NCBI GenBank assembly: GCA_964016885.1
Contig: OZ024740.1
Span: 31,434,001-31,498,000, forward strand
From: Eledone cirrhosa
Lineage: Eukaryota
DNA length: 64,000 nt
Direction of reading: 5' to 3'
Numbering within the stretch: the stretch's first letter is position 1; the number at the start of each line of letters is the position of its first letter. Below are positions 13,205-27,277 of the stretch, piece after piece. The notes beneath the pieces are model-generated. The model saw only the letters and a program-made list of their open reading frames with translations. It did no database searches and had not been told where the DNA came from. Both the position numbers and the translations under genes were made by a program.

Positions 13205-16200
13205 TGTGAGGCTGCCGTGGGAGGGGGATTGCCGGAAGTTGGGGGACGCCTGACCGGAAGCAGGAGGACGGGGGCGACGTGATAACGTTGCTGGTTTGAT
13301 CACTCTATATCTCGACGGGGGTGCCTTAGCACTGTACCTCAAGATGGACGAGAGCGACCATCAGAACATGGAGAGGATAGGGCAGCGACTTAAGGAAGTG
13401 TTCACCGAGGGCCGTACATTGCTTTTGCCAAGCTAGGCAGAGTGAGATGGCAGGGAGAGCACGTGGACGTGTTCACGACAGAGTTACGGCGGTTGGCTAC
13501 GTTGGCCGGATTCGTGGTAGAACGCGAATGCGCCGTGCGGTTGGCTTTTATGAACGGGTTCCCCGATGAAATCTCCGTGGAGCTCCAACAGCTGCCCGGC
13601 AACAGGGAGATGAGCATGAGCGAGCTCATTGCACAGGCCCGCGTAATAACACAGGACATGAGGTGGAGTGTTGCAGCCCTGGCAGCAACGGAACCCCATG
13701 GCAGCGACCGACGTATGACGAAAGGAGACCAGCCACTGTGAATAGACGTCCGCATGCGTTCGGAGGCCGGTGCTTCAGGTGCCAGGGTCCGCACATGGCA
13801 ATGGACTGCAGAGAGCTGAAGCCAGCTCTAGTCTGCTATCGCTGCAAGCAACCAGGCCACATCGCTAATAATTGCGACCAGGGAAATGCTGGTAGCCACT
13901 CCTGGAGGCGAGTAGAGGCGCTTTTGCAGTCGCTGCCCGTAGTGGAAGTTTTGGTGGAAGGGAAGCCATCGCGAGCACGGGTTGCACAACAACACTAGTG
14001 ACCACGGAGGTGGTTAAAAAGTGGAGCGGGATGAGCAGTATAAGGGCAGTCGATGGCAGGGAGATTAGATGCAGAGGTACCAGCGAGGTGTCGATGATGG
14101 TATGGGGAAGAAAAATTAGGCTTCGGGCGATCATGATTGACCAGGTGGTGGACAGAATCGATGTAGTAATGGGCATGGACACGATTGGCTGCCTTGGAGG
14201 TGTTACAGTGAGTGAAGTTGGGGTGACGTTTGGTAGCGAGAGGACATCATGTGCTGTGAGAATCCACGAAGAACAGGGCGATCCACGAAGAAAATACCAT
14301 ACAGGACAAGGATTTCAGGGTGGTGGGTTGTTGAGTGGTACTGGAAGGGAGATCCACCAACGCTGAAGAACAGAGTGGGCTGCTATCAGCATACCCTGAA
14401 AGGAAATGCCAGAAGCGAGTTTGAGGGAGAGGTACAGAGACAGATTGAGGAGGGTATACTGTTTCCTTGGAAGGAGGAGGTGAAATGTGGTGTGTTGCCG
14501 CTGATGGCAGTGGTGCAGACCACAAAAACAAGGTTAGGCCGGTGCTGGACTTTTGTGAACTGAACGAACGCGTGTCATGCCACACAGGCGGTGAGGTCAC
14601 GGATTTTTGCGGGGAAACTTTGCGAGAGTGGACACAAATGACGGGGGCCTCCACGATTGTCGACTTAAAGTCGGCATATCTGCAGTTACACATGGATGAG
14701 AAGCTGTGGAAATATCAGTTGGTCAGGTATAAGGGCCAGACATACTGCCTGACTAGACTTGGCTTCGGGTTGAACTCTGCAGCAAAAATCATGGTGACAA
14801 TCCTCAAAGCCATTCTGGGTAAAGCGAACAAGGTGAAGAGGGCCACCAACTCCTACATTGACGACATCTTGGTGGACGAGACGGTGGTGTCAGCAGCAGA
14901 AGTCTCTGGCCACTTGGGAAGGTTCGGGCTGATCGCGAAACGCCAGAGGCGATGGAAGGAGCTGGCGCGCTAGGACTCAGGCTGCAAAGGGATAAGACGG
15001 GCACACTCGTGTTTCGGAGGGGTAACGAAGTCCCGGAACTGGCTCCGATATGAATAGATGGGAACTCTTCTCAATGTGTGGTAAATTGGTGGGCCACTAT
15101 CCGATCGCAAGGTGGCTCTGGATGGCATGCAGCTATGTCAAGAGACGAGCAGATGGAGTGAGCTGGGTTGACCGGGTTGGAGAGAGGACAGTGGTCATGA
15201 TGGAGGAAATCGTGGGGAGTTTAAAGACGGATGCCCCAGTGTGAGGACGCTGAGGGGGGTGAATCTCACCCTGAGATGGAGGCTGCGTACCATAGAATTC
15301 CTCACCGACTCGGCCACTGTACTCGGATGGGTGAGATCAGTGCTTACCAGTGAGAGGAGGGTGCAAACGAGAGGGGCAGCAGAAATGTTGATAAAGTGCC
15401 GCCTGGGAACTCTGGGAGATCTGTCCACTGACTTTGGCCTGGAATTGAGTGTAGTTTTTGTGCCCTCAGAGAAAAACAGAGCAGACGTATTAACCAGGGT
15501 GAAGAAAGCCTGGTTGGAAACACCAGGGGACGCAGAGAAGGGGATAGCGGCAGTGTGTCAACTGAGTGATTCAGAGTTGAGAGGACTGCATGCCTAGCCA
15601 GAAGAATCAACTCTGATGTTAGCAGACAGAGTGTAGAAAGAGTGGTCGGAGGTTGCGACAGATGCCAGTCTATCAACCCTGCCCCGGGTGTGCATGAGAC
15701 GGGAAGCATCTCGGTGGAGCACAACTGGAAGTGATTAGCAGTGGACGTGACAAAGGAATGTATCTTTCGATGGTCGATTGTGGGCCGGGGCGGATGGCGA
15801 TATGGAGGGAAATGAAGACAGGGACTGCGGAGGAAATTGTGCGGACACTGAGAGAGATATTCTTGGAGCTGGGCCCTGTGGATGAACTGCTGATGGACAA
15901 CAGCATGGCATTTCGCTCGGAGGCGCTGAGGGAAATGCTTGACAAGTGGAAGGTGAACCGCTTCTTCAGAGCGGCATACAGGCCGAGCGGAAATCGGATT
16001 GTGGAGAGACATCATCGCATGATCAAGGTCATGGTGGAAAGGGGGCACATTTCACCAATGGAGGCAGTGATCTGGTACAACATGTCTCCGCGGGTGGGAC
16101 AGGCTGAGGAGTCGGTGCCGTACAGGGCAATATACAGATATGAATGGCGACACCCATGCACGGTACCACAGCAGTCGGTGGAGAGAGAGAGCGCATTCAT

Positions 16201-16360
16201 ACGAGTGGGCGAAGAGGTATGGGTCAAGCCCCCGAACGGGCGTTGCACATCTCAATGGGGAAAGGGAATGGTAACCGCCGTAAATTCCCAAAACAACGTG
16301 TCTGTGGACGGAATGCCACGTCACGTCTTGGATGTCCTTAGAGTCATTGTTGTGACGGAC
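13205..16360 (+). mobile_element. Gypsy family A copy 2: LTR start, gag (two CCHC knuckles), protease, RT, RNase H, integrase; decayed, 3' LTR missing
   Basis: CFRCQGPH and CYRCKQPGH knuckles, RT SYIDD, integrase D...D...E (VDCG, LMDN, IVER). Begins with TG right after the CRE fragment. Confidence 0.92.
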
Positions 16361-16405
16361 TCCTTCTGAAAGAATCGCGAGCAATTTATAATGTTATCTA
16401 AGCAT

Positions 16406-16787
16406 TTACAACTCCAAAGTTTATTTGTTAAACAGAGCATATAAATAAATTTACAGTAGAATAACATAACAAATATGTTTCAAATATATACATAAATAAC
16501 ATTACACATGCTTAGATAACATTATAAATTGCTCGTGGTTCTTTCAGAAGGATATATTCTTTTAATGTTGCAATATTAAAGAAAATATAAAGGAAGGGGT
16601 GAACAACGGAACCAACACCAGAGCAAAAGACAGCAACGTCGCGAGGGGTACTGGGCAACCTCTCTAATGATTTTTGAGGTAAGCCAGTACACTCGCAGCG
16701 TTGCCTTGGGTGATGGTGAGGCTAATGCGCTGGAAAAACCAAGCACCCTCGCGAGATTCGCCAGTTACCTCTATTAGGCAAGCCGCC
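16406..16787 (-). mobile_element. Inverted 3' end of a CRE-like LINE
   Basis: The reverse strand encodes GESREGAWFFQRISLTITQGNAASVLA followed by a 3' UTR. Confidence 0.75.
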
Positions 16788-16839
16788 AATGTTATTTATG
16801 TATATATTTAAAACATATTTGTTATGTTATTCTCATAGT

Positions 16840-17007
16840 TCTGCAGGCAATAACGAAGGATTTAAGACCAGATGCCCATGGGAACTCCTGTATGCAGATG
16901 ACCTAGCACTTATAGCTGAATCTATGGTAGAACTAGAGAAGAAATTCCAAACTTGGAAGCAGGGACTAGAAAGAAAGGGTCTCAAAGTCAACCCGACAAA
17001 GACTTAG
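16840..17007 (+). mobile_element. RTE LINE RT fragment
   Basis: CPWELLYADDLALIAES...GLKVNPTKT. Confidence 0.85.
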
Positions 17008-19963
17008 TAATGTCTTGTCTCTACGAAACTGAAGCTGCAACTCTTGTGAAGTGAAAAGAGGTGCGAATTCGTTTGCTGGGTGGAAGTCACTGCTTGGTAT
17101 TTCTACGCTGCCGACTTAACAGCCTGGCAACTGACCAAGCGCAACCCAATTGTTCCACCGCGATAAGCTAGTGCCATTGCTTACTACATTTACCCCTCCG
17201 TAGGCGAAACGCCGATATAGTATTAAAAAAATGGAAAGCAAAGGCAAATATATTTATACTAAGAATATGTTTACAAAAGTGTAGGAAAAGGCAAAACACT
17301 GCATAACTGTTAGCAAAGTTCAAAATTAGAGAAAATTAATGTAGTTGGGTGAGTAGTAGCCGCAGGAGAAAAAGTTGGGGCTAGCTGTGGCTAGCGCTAA
17401 TGCCATAAGCATGTTGGCGCATTGTCAAAAACATGGAACTTTGTCTATTAATTACACAACCAACTAAGGGTCCAATAGAGACAAGTTGCGTCTGACAAGG
17501 GCACAGAGAATGTGAGTGAACATCAGCTGTCTGGCCCTAATGTGTAGCATGTTGGCTCGTTGTCAATGACCTAAAACTTTGCCTATTAATTACAGAACCG
17601 ACCAGGGGTCCAAAAGAGGTAAGTTGCGTCTGACAAGGGTGCAGAGAATGCAAATTAATATCTGACGTAGAAAGTGTCGGGTACCACAACTCAAAAGGCA
17701 CAGACATGATAAAGACTACTCAATAAGGTGACAAAAATGTGGTGTAATGTATGTAACCACGCTGCAAAAAATTTAACCAACAAACACAGAACATTCACAA
17801 GCGCAGACACTTGGAAAAAAAAAACGGTCCTGAAGAAGTTGAAAGAGAAATGACAATTGTAATACCATATTAGGCGCATGCCAAGAAAGGTCAACAAATA
17901 ATTGCATACAGGGAAAAGAAAACAACATGAATACACGTAAGAATGAAAAATGCAGTACAATAAAAAAGCACTAAGAAGCCAATTCATATGAAAATAGTTT
18001 TACACAGTTTCCTGGGTCAATGGACGCAACAACCGCTACGGGTTGTCATGACGTATGTTGAAGGTGGAGGTGTGTGTGTGTGTGAGCTTGTGGTGCTTGT
18101 GGTGGTGTAGGTGTTTGTCGTGATACAGTGTAGGATGGAGGAGTATGAGATGTATGAGCATCTGTGTAGGCCCGCTTCAGTCTATCAATAGAGACTCTGT
18201 CTCTAGACCTGTTAAAGTCAATGGTGAAATGTTTGTCTGAACGTGCTAGCAAGTGATAGGGTCCAGAGTAAGGTGGAGTGAGAGAACTTCTCACTGTGTC
18301 ATTTCTGACGAAAACATGGGTCCACGAGGCAATGTCCCTTGGGACCGAAGATTTAACGACTTGTTGCCGAATGTTCATAGGTGGCAGGACTTGAAAATAC
18401 AAACGTTTCACAGAGTGTAGGATCCTGAGTAGAAAGATTGAGTGGGGCAAGCATCTGCCCTGGCAAAGACAAAGGAGCGCGGTACATAAGCTCAGCTGGG
18501 GAGAATCCAAGGTCCTCCTTAACTGAAGTGCGGATACCAAGTAGTACTATGGCGAGGTTGTCGCTCCAATGTAGAGTATTCAGATAGGCACGTAATGCGG
18601 CTTTCAGTTGGCGATGAAAACGCTCCACCATTCCATTAGATGCAGGATGGTAACTGGTAGTCCAAATATGTTGAGCACCAATGATATTTGTTAGCTCCGA
18701 GAAAAGGTGAGATTCGAACTGCCTACCATGGTCTTTAGTAATAGTGGTAGGAACACTGTAGCACGATATCCATCCTGATACCAGAGCTCATGCTACAGAT
18801 TCAGCAGTAATGTCACTAAGAGGAATGGCTTCAGGCCATCGGGTGAAATGATCAATGCAGGTCAGGATGTACCAATGTCCACGACTGATGGGCCAAGGTC
18901 CCATGAGTGGAGCGCGGATGTGTTTATGCACCTTCAACTTCTGGCACAAGAGACAAGAACAAGACTGTGCAGTAATACCGTGTCTCATATTTGGCCAGAA
19001 GAATCTAGCCATTATGAGTTTTACTGAGGCCGAGGCTCCAGGGTGTGAAAGGTTGTGCAGAGCGTCGAACACGATTCTTCGATGAGTCTCAGGAACAAAA
19101 GGACGAGGTGATTCGGTAGACACGTTGCAGAGAATGTGCGTATCCGCTGTCGGCAGGTACATATTTTCAAAAAGATGTGGTCCGAAAGGAATAATACGAT
19201 AAAGGCGAGCAAAATCCTCAAAGTCAAGGATTGACCAATACGGCAAAAAAAATATCCTAAGCGACCTGTTAAGTTCTTCTCTCAAATTTTTTTTTAAAAC
19301 TCCAAACAAAAGCAAAACAGGATTAAAATTTTTGCCAATGGCAGTGAGTGTGAAAAATTACCTTCTGAAAAACACACCGTGTGCATTTTGATATCCTCAC
19401 GTATAGTAATCTCAAAATTCTGCTAAAATATTTTTTTTTTAAGGAATATTTCCCAAAGAAATATTCCCACATCGGGTAGGTCACCATTTTAGTAGAAAAG
19501 TCTTTGAAATATTATTTTTTGGTTGCGAGAAGGATCCTTAAAGAAGATTAGGTTATAAGGCGGCGTGTTTAGAGTTTTATGGTGAGGAAAGGATCAATTC
19601 AGAAAGCAGTGATGAAATAACAAAGGTTTATTTTTCTCCGTAAATATTTACAATTGGTTAAAGAGTAAAAAGCTGCTGGCATGCCGCAGGATTAAGTTGA
19701 ACTAGTTGTTGGGCCCTTGCCGATGGCCAAAGTTTCTTGGTAAGTTCTACATCTTGCCAGTTGCTCCAGGGAATATATTTAGTAACGTCTTATCTCTATG
19801 AAACTGAAGCTGCAACTCTTGTGAAGTGAAAAGAGGTGCGAATTCGTTTGCTGGGTGGAAGTCGCTGCCTGGTATTTCTACACCACTGATTTAATGGCCT
19901 GGCAACTGACTAAGTGCAACCCAATTGTTCCGCCGTGATAAGCTAGTGCCATTGCTTACTACA
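17004..19963 (-). mobile_element. Gypsy family B element: 5' LTR ~19490-19963, PBS, integrase relic 18046-19165, PPT, truncated 3' LTR 17004-17188
   Basis: Direct repeats 17004-17188 and 19779-19963 begin TGTAGT on the minus strand. PBS-like TGGTGACC reads down from 19486 and a purine tract precedes the 3' LTR. Integrase motifs HxxxH/CxxC, DHFTRWPEA, VERFHRQLK, YSGPY. Confidence 0.85.
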
Positions 19964-20062
19964 AGGTCTTGATCCGCATGAGGCCATATCACATAATGTA
20001 AAGGAGAAAACTATAACCCTTTTTGCTCTTATTCTTTTCTTAAGTTTTCTGTGTATGTACCC

Positions 20063-21985
20063 TGTGGAGCTAGAGTGCCAAAAGTGCAGGAAGGGTCTTG
20101 TCAGAAGCGAGGGTTCAGTGGTGTCACATTGGAAGTTTGTGCGATCTCTCAAAGCTCTCTCTGGTCTGAAAGGTGTACTGTATGTGATCATGGCTGCTAC
20201 AATTGAGTGTGTGAGGCTAGCTATATTCTTTGGCTAGGTGTAAAACAGGTGAACATCTGTGCAGGGAAATTCAGTTGAGACACATGTGAAGACACTTCCT
20301 ATGACAAGCTAATTTCAGCAATTGTTTTCCCCTTATTATTTACTTTCTCCAACCATGCATACGATATGGCAACGAAAATAAGAACAGGTAGCAATGCAGT
20401 CAAAGACTTCAGTAGTGAGGGGATGTTATCACCTGAATTAGAAAGATAAAATTGGTTGCTCCACTGCAAGGCATTGGAAATGTGGCTGGCCTCATGGCAC
20501 TGTATCTTGGCGGCAACACAAGCATTATACCTCGAAATGAATCAGGCAGACCAATTGAATGCAGAGAAGATAGAGCAACACCCCAAGGAAGCATTCACCA
20601 AGCTAGGCAAAATGAGATGGACAGGATTGCAGGTGGACATCTTTGTGGCGGAAGTCTGGAGGTTGGCTATGCAAGCTGAATTCACAGGAGAAAATCTCAA
20701 AAGGGCCATGTGGATGGCATTCGTGAAAGATTTCCCTGATGAAATTTCTGTGAGACTCCATCAGTTACCGGGCAACAACAAAATGGCCATGAGCAAGCTA
20801 ATTACACAGGCCCATGTAGTGACATGAGGCGTTGAGCGTTAGCAATGACAGAAGCCCATAGCAATCAACAGTGATTGACAAATAACGAGGGAAGAAGAGC
20901 CTCCATGAATGCTTGGCCATGGGCATTCAGAGGCCAATGCTTCAGGTGTCAGGGTCTACACATAGCAATGGACTGCAGAGAGCTGATGCGTGAAATAATT
21001 TGCAACCAATGTAAGCGGGCAAGTCACATCGCCAACAATTACGACCAGGGAAATGGTCAAAAGGGAGTTACTACACAAGTAGCTGCCCCTGGAAGCGAGT
21101 AGAGGCATTCTTGCAGTTGCTGCCTGTAGTGGAGTTTCTGGTGGTGGAGAAGCTGTCATGAATCCTTATGGATACGGGCTGCACAACAACATTAGTGACC
21201 CCAGAGGTGGTTAAAAAGTAAGGACAGTTGATGGCAGGGAGATTAGATGCAGAGGTAGCAGCGAGGTAGTGAGGGCGGTACGAGGAATGAAAAAAAGGCT
21301 GCGAGCAATCGTGATTGACAACATGGTGGATGAAATAGATGTGGTAATGGGCATGGAAGCAATTGATAGTGGATTTGACACACTACTGACAGGGGATGTC
21401 TCTCTCAATGATCAATTCCAGGCCGATGTGGATGTCAATATGGAGGGAGATGAAGTTGAGGACTGGAGGAAATCAAACAGATATTGAAAGAGATATTCTT
21501 AGAGTGGGGCCTTGTGGATGAACTGTTGATGGATAACAGTACAGCGTTTTACTCAGGGGTGCTGAAGAAGATGCTTGATGGGAAGAATGTGAGCTGCTTC
21601 TTCAGAGTGGCATACAAGCCGAGTGGACAGGGGATTATAGAGAGACACCATCTCACAATCAAGGCTAAGGCAGAGAGAGGACACATTTCACCAATGGAGG
21701 TGCTGTTCTAGTTCATTATGTTGCCTTGGTTGGGACAGGCCGAGGAGTTGGTGCCACACAGGGTGAAATATAGATATCAATAGTGACATCCATGCATGTT
21801 ATTACAACAATCTGTAGAAGAGAGAGAGTGTTCATACAAGTGGGCGAAGAAGTCTGAGTCAAGCCGCCAGATGTGCATTCCACATCTGAATGGGAAAAGG
21901 GAATGGTAATGACAGTAAACTTCCAAAACAACATGTCTGTGGACAGAATGCTATTCACATCTTGGATGTCCATAGAGTCATTGAC
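20063..21985 (+). mobile_element. Gypsy family A copy 3: 5' LTR 20063-20306, gag, protease, integrase end; RT/RNase H deleted
   Basis: Colinear with copy 2 in gag/protease (DTGCTTT), then jumps to the integrase. Confidence 0.85.
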
Positions 21986-21989
21986 TTTT

Positions 21990-22325
21990 AATGGGTTGGA
22001 ACAAGTTCAGGGAGCTGCTACATGGTAGCAAAACATGCGCTCTGTGTGCCAAGGACCTCCAGAGGCTGGAAAGAAACAAAGCATATATGGTCAGATGGAT
22101 GTGTAACAGAAGTGTGCGTGAACAGCAAAGTGTTAATGTATTAAAAGTGAAACTGGGTATAAGAGGGATCAAATGCTGTGTGCAAGAGAGAACTTGCAAG
22201 AGAGGACTGTGGTGGTATAGTTACATGATGTGCATGAAGGATGACAGCTGCTTAAAGAAGTGTAGGGCTTTAAAAGTTGCAGGAGGTACCAAGAGAGAAG
22301 ACCCAGGAAGACATGGGATGAAACT
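21990..22325 (+). mobile_element. RTE LINE 3' fragment
   Basis: GWNKFREL...RLERN...MVRWMC, similar to 26460-27182. Confidence 0.85.
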
Positions 22326-23419
22326 ATAAGACCAGCCCTGACTCAACTCAATTTCCCAATAGGGATCACCCAGAACCGGGTCCTCTGGTGCTACAACGTT
22401 CAACAAAAGACCTGCTCCAACAACTCAGTGCCAGGCTTGGCTGAAAATGGCACCGCAAACAATGTAGATGGCAGGCCTACGAGAGTTTCATCGCAGTCAT
22501 CCAGCGCAGGGCTCCAGAAGTAGAATGTAATCTTTTGAAGGGTTCGTCATGGGGAGAGTACCTGGCTCCGAAACTGGGGTGCCACTGTGAGATGGGTTCG
22601 GCATGGCCAAATTAGCCTGTCTCTCCTCATAGTGGTGTCACACAATGTTGGGCTCCGAACCTGAACTGAGAGTCTGCTGTGTGGAGGGTCTGGTGCTGCC
22701 ACCTGTCTTGTCTCTGCACATGGTGGAGCCATCCAGTCCCAGGCTCCCAAAAGGTGGTTTTGTATTGAGAAGGGTTCGTTGCGTGGAGAGTGCCTGGCTC
22801 CAAAACTGGGGTGCCACTATGAGAAGGGTTACACAAACATTTGTCTCTATAAAATTTGATATGTTGACACTTTTTAGGCCTCATTTTTTCCCCTTCATAG
22901 ACTCCTTGGAACCATAAACAAACCGTGGACCTTTCATTAGGATTGGCAGTATCGGTAGAGGGTCAGACACCATGCTTTGCAGCAAAGAGTTACGGCTCTT
23001 TATGGTCTGAGTTCAAATCTCGCCGAGGTTAACTTTGCCTTTCATCCTTACGGGGTCGATAAAATAAAGTACCAGTAATACACTGCGATAATTGCTGGCC
23101 TTGTGCCAAAAGTAGAAACAATTATGATGATCAATGTATCACATGTATCTGCAACATTGAAATACTTTCACTTCTGTGGTTTCCCCACTCATGTGGGAAC
23201 ATGCAAGGTTTAGTGTAGGCAAGAACAGTTGCAGTTCTCTTGTCACTTGTGTAGCTTTGTCATGTGTTGAAGTGTCTTTGATGTTTAGAAGAGTCTTGGT
23301 CTTGCAGTACTGGTGCATGTCTTTTTATCATCATGACAGGGAGACACTACATCTTTAAAGGGAAAGACAAAGGGGTAGAAAAGTAGGTCATACTTGCTAG
23401 TGAGTCAACAACCAGCCAT

Positions 23420-23459
<40 letters not shown>

Positions 23460-23569
23460 TGCCTGTTTATGAAGTAATGAACCACTATCAAAATAATGTG
23501 CTCAATACTTTAGATCACTGAAAATTAATATTCATTTATTAAACTGTATTGTTAAAAAGTGTAAGGTCG

Positions 23570-24400
23570 CCTGTGAGATGTGGGACAGGCTGGGACTTAG
23601 CCCAGTAGACGTCCCTGCTGACGTCACGTACCCCCCAAAGCGTATGGGATGCCATCCAGTACAGCCTGGCCTCAGACAGGCTCAGGCACCAGCTTGACCA
23701 GCACCGCCTTGCCTGTTTTCGCGCGGCCTCCAAACCCCACAGTGGTGCCTGGCTCCATGCCTTGCCAACCTTCTCCACTGTCACACAGCTGGATAACAAT
23801 AGCCTGTGCATCGGCGTTTCCCTGAGGCTCGGCCTCCGAATCTGCGAGCCACATAAATGTCGCTGTGGATCCACCTGCTTTCCTGTCGCCACAGTGCCAG
23901 CTGCCTTCCACACCATGCTGCCCTTGACGAGGTCGAGGTCATAAAGCATGGCTTGGATGCTGCAGGCTTCTCCTCCCAGCTCGAGCCGGTGGGGCTGGAC
24001 CGAGGGGACGGCAAAATGCCAGACGGTATAACCATCTTCCCGTTCTGCGATGGCAAACCCCTCATCTGGGATGCGACTTGCACTGACACTTTCTCCAGCC
24101 GCAACCTGGTGCAGTCTGCAACTAACCCAGGTTCTGCTGCGTGTCGGGCTGAGGAGGCCAAACTCTCCAAGTACCGGTCACTCTCCGACAGGTTCGTGGT
24201 CGTACCCTTGGCAGTGGAGACTTCTGGTGCCCGGCGCATCTCCTTTACCATCTTCCGGGGAAACACCTTCTCCATCCTGTTCGCTGGAGCTGTGGGGAGG
24301 CCAGCACGTGGGACCCTATTTGCTCACAATACGGATTAATAGGCAAAGTTATAAACTATTGTAAATAAATAATTATTGCGGCTTGCTTTAAAAAAAAAAA
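23570..24400 (+). mobile_element. CRE-like LINE 3' part (zinc motif plus restriction-like endonuclease), poly(A) end
   Basis: CEPHKCRCG, EP-GL-RGDGKMPDG, LIWDAT, K-SKY, PLAVETSG, RISFTIFRGN. AATAAA and an A-tail at ~24390. Confidence 0.85.
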
Positions 24401-25726
24401 GCATTCTATTTTTTTTTATCTTGTCAAATGAATACAAAACTTTTGGGGTATTTAGGTCATCATCATTTTACATCTGTCCAATCATAACTGCTAGGAATGA
24501 TTGAACATGTCATCACAGTCCAAGCCAGTAGTTAACCAGAACCATTGATCTTACAGATGGGCTCAGATTTCATCCTATTTATATGTTCTCGACTCTACAC
24601 ATTGTTTTGCACATTTTATCATTGATCCATACTAAGGAGGTCATCATGACCTGAAACAACTGAAAAGTCTTTTCTGCTTTTTGTTCAGAAAGTTTTTTAT
24701 TGCTGGATGCTTTTCCTACCATCAGCTATTTTGCAGTTTACTGGGTGTGTTTTATTGTGTCACCAAAACTAGAGAGATTGTGCCTGTAACACAATGGAAG
24801 AGTTTATGTATTAGATATAAAGCAGACTGGAAAAATGTATAGATATTAAAGAAAAATTCGTTCAAATAAAATTTGCATGGTGTAAGCATGTTAGATGTTT
24901 TTGCTAACTCTTAGATAGACATAATGAAGAGGTCATTCGTTCCGGACTATTTATTCACGATTAGGCTATGCTGTAGAAATTGATACTGTATATTCTCGAA
25001 TACATAACAAACACTGTTGTGTATTCATCATCACCACCATCATTGTTGTCATTTAATGCCTGTTTTCCCTGCAAGCAAGGGTTGGATGGGTCTGCATATA
25101 TCAAGTCAGTACTGAAGCAGGGCTACAGGCCTCCTAGGTAGGCCAGGTAGGTGCTGGGTCTGTATCTCATTTATGTATGGTCATATGTTGTATCGAGTGC
25201 ACAGGGGAGGTTGTCATGTCTTTGACACAACTGAAAGGTTGTCCCAACCCTTTGTTTGGCAGGCTTCCTATGTCTGGATGTCCTTCTTATCGCTTGTAAT
25301 ATATTACATAATTTACATATGAACATTTAAAATATAATACAACTAGCAGAAATACTGACCTCCAGGCAGTTTTATATCTGCTTTCTGGAAAACAAAGATT
25401 TACCTCTAAGGGGATCCTTTATGTGAACATAATGTTTCCATTTCGTTCCACAAAGCTAGAACAAAGCTTAAAACATGAAATAATTGTTTCTACTTTTGGC
25501 ACAAGGCCAGCAATTATCCCAGTGTATTACTGGTACTTTATTTTATCGACCCTGTAAGGATGAAAGGCAAAGTTAACCTCGGTGGGATTTGAATTCAGAC
25601 CATGAAACATGAAATAATACAACTAATAATGCTTCCAATCATGGCTTTTATTGTTTCTTGTAATATAAAGTCTGAAGGTGATGAATTGGCTAGACACGGA
25701 ACAGTGATGATGATGATGATATATTT

Positions 25727-26060
25727 CATCATTTCATTTTACGTCCGCTTCTCCCTGCTTGCAAGGGTGGGACGGGAACTGATTCTGGCTTGATTTCTAC
25801 AGCTGGATGCCCTTCCTAACACCAACCCCATTTACAGTGAGTGCTGGGTGCTTTTTTGCCGTGGCGCCTACACGTCCACTTTGCAGTGGAATGATAGGGA
25901 CCCCAGTCCTATCATCTCATTTCTACAGCTGAGTAAACTAGAGCAATGTGAAATAAAGTGTCTTGCTCAAGGAAACAACACATCACCCGGTCTGAGAATT
26001 GAACTCACAACCTTTCGATTGCAAGGCCAATGCTCTAACCACTAAGCCATGTGCCTCCAT
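25727..26060 (-). mobile_element. Full-length tRNA-headed SINE
   Basis: A box tggcttagtggttag, B box gagttcaattc. Near-identical to 32874-33210 and 48740-49083. Confidence 0.85.
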
Positions 26061-26339
26061 TTCATCATCATCATCATCATCAACGTTTAACATCCGTGTT
26101 CCACGCTTGCATGGGTTTGGACGGGGGTAGTCCCACTTGAGGCAAGAGTGATTGTCTTGCTCGCATAGGACTGTCTGGCAGGTTTTCTACAGTTGGATGC
26201 CCTTCCTAACACCAACCACATTTACAGTGTGGGTCTGGGAGGTTTTTACCGTGTTGCCTACACGGCCACATTACAGCGTGGACTGTGTGTTTTTTTGTCG
26301 TGACACCTACACGATCTCATTTGTTTCGGCCTCGATGGC

Positions 26340-27277
26340 GCGGCACCAACATAACTTTACATAGAACGGGGCGGTGTGGATGGGGTGGGGGTGGTGGTGG
26401 TGGGACTGGGTGTATTTTGTTAGAGATGCCTACTGGCTGGAGTAGGTTTTACTATATATTTAGGTAAGGCGGGTCTTCTCTGTTACTGAGTACCGCCAAA
26501 GGTCTCGGTCCAGTGACATTGTCTTGGAGAGGTGTAAGTGTGTGATGTCGGAGTTTATCAGCTCGTCCCAGGTTTTTCTAGGTCTGCCTATTCCGTGACT
26601 ACCGTCTATCTTTATTGCCCTGCACTTTGTTATACAGCTATCGACTTTCATGCGCATCACGTGTCCATACCAACGTAGCCTTCTCTCGAGTAAACAACAT
26701 CTGATCCCTCTTATCTCTAATTTTTTCCTTAGTTCGTTTATGCTTTGCCGTTCACGTATATTACTGTTACACATCCAGCGGAGCATGCAAGCTTCGTTCC
26801 TCTCTAGTCTGCGTATATCCTCTGCACACAATGCCCAGGTCTCACTGCCATGCAGCATTGCTGTTCGTATGCAGGCATCGTACAACCTGCCTTTCATTTT
26901 TAGGTAGAACCCTTTAGCAGCTAATAGTGGTATAAGCTCTCTGAACTTTTTCCAACCAGTTCTGACTCTAGCTACAGTACTTTCAGAGCACCCTTCCCCA
27001 CTGCTGATTTTATCGCCCAGGTAACGGAAGCTGTCCACTATTTCTATAGAACCCTCTGCGCAATTGAAAGAGCTAGTATTTTGTGGGCACTTGCTGCTAC
27101 TTATTGCACCAGAGCACCGGCCACATGTAAAATCTATGTTCTTAGTTAGCTTACCTGTGATCCCACTACATCTTTTATGCACCCATACCTTGCATTTAGG
27201 ACATAAAATGGAGTTTCTACCTACGCCTTACCTACACACCGAGCACGACCATTTCCCAGAAGGGACCGCCGCCTTGT
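26340..27277 (-). mobile_element. RTE LINE 3' fragment (PHD-like Cys segment and C-terminus)
   Basis: The 240 aa ORF has FRYLG, RRLRWYGHV and GRPRKTW. Confidence 0.9.
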
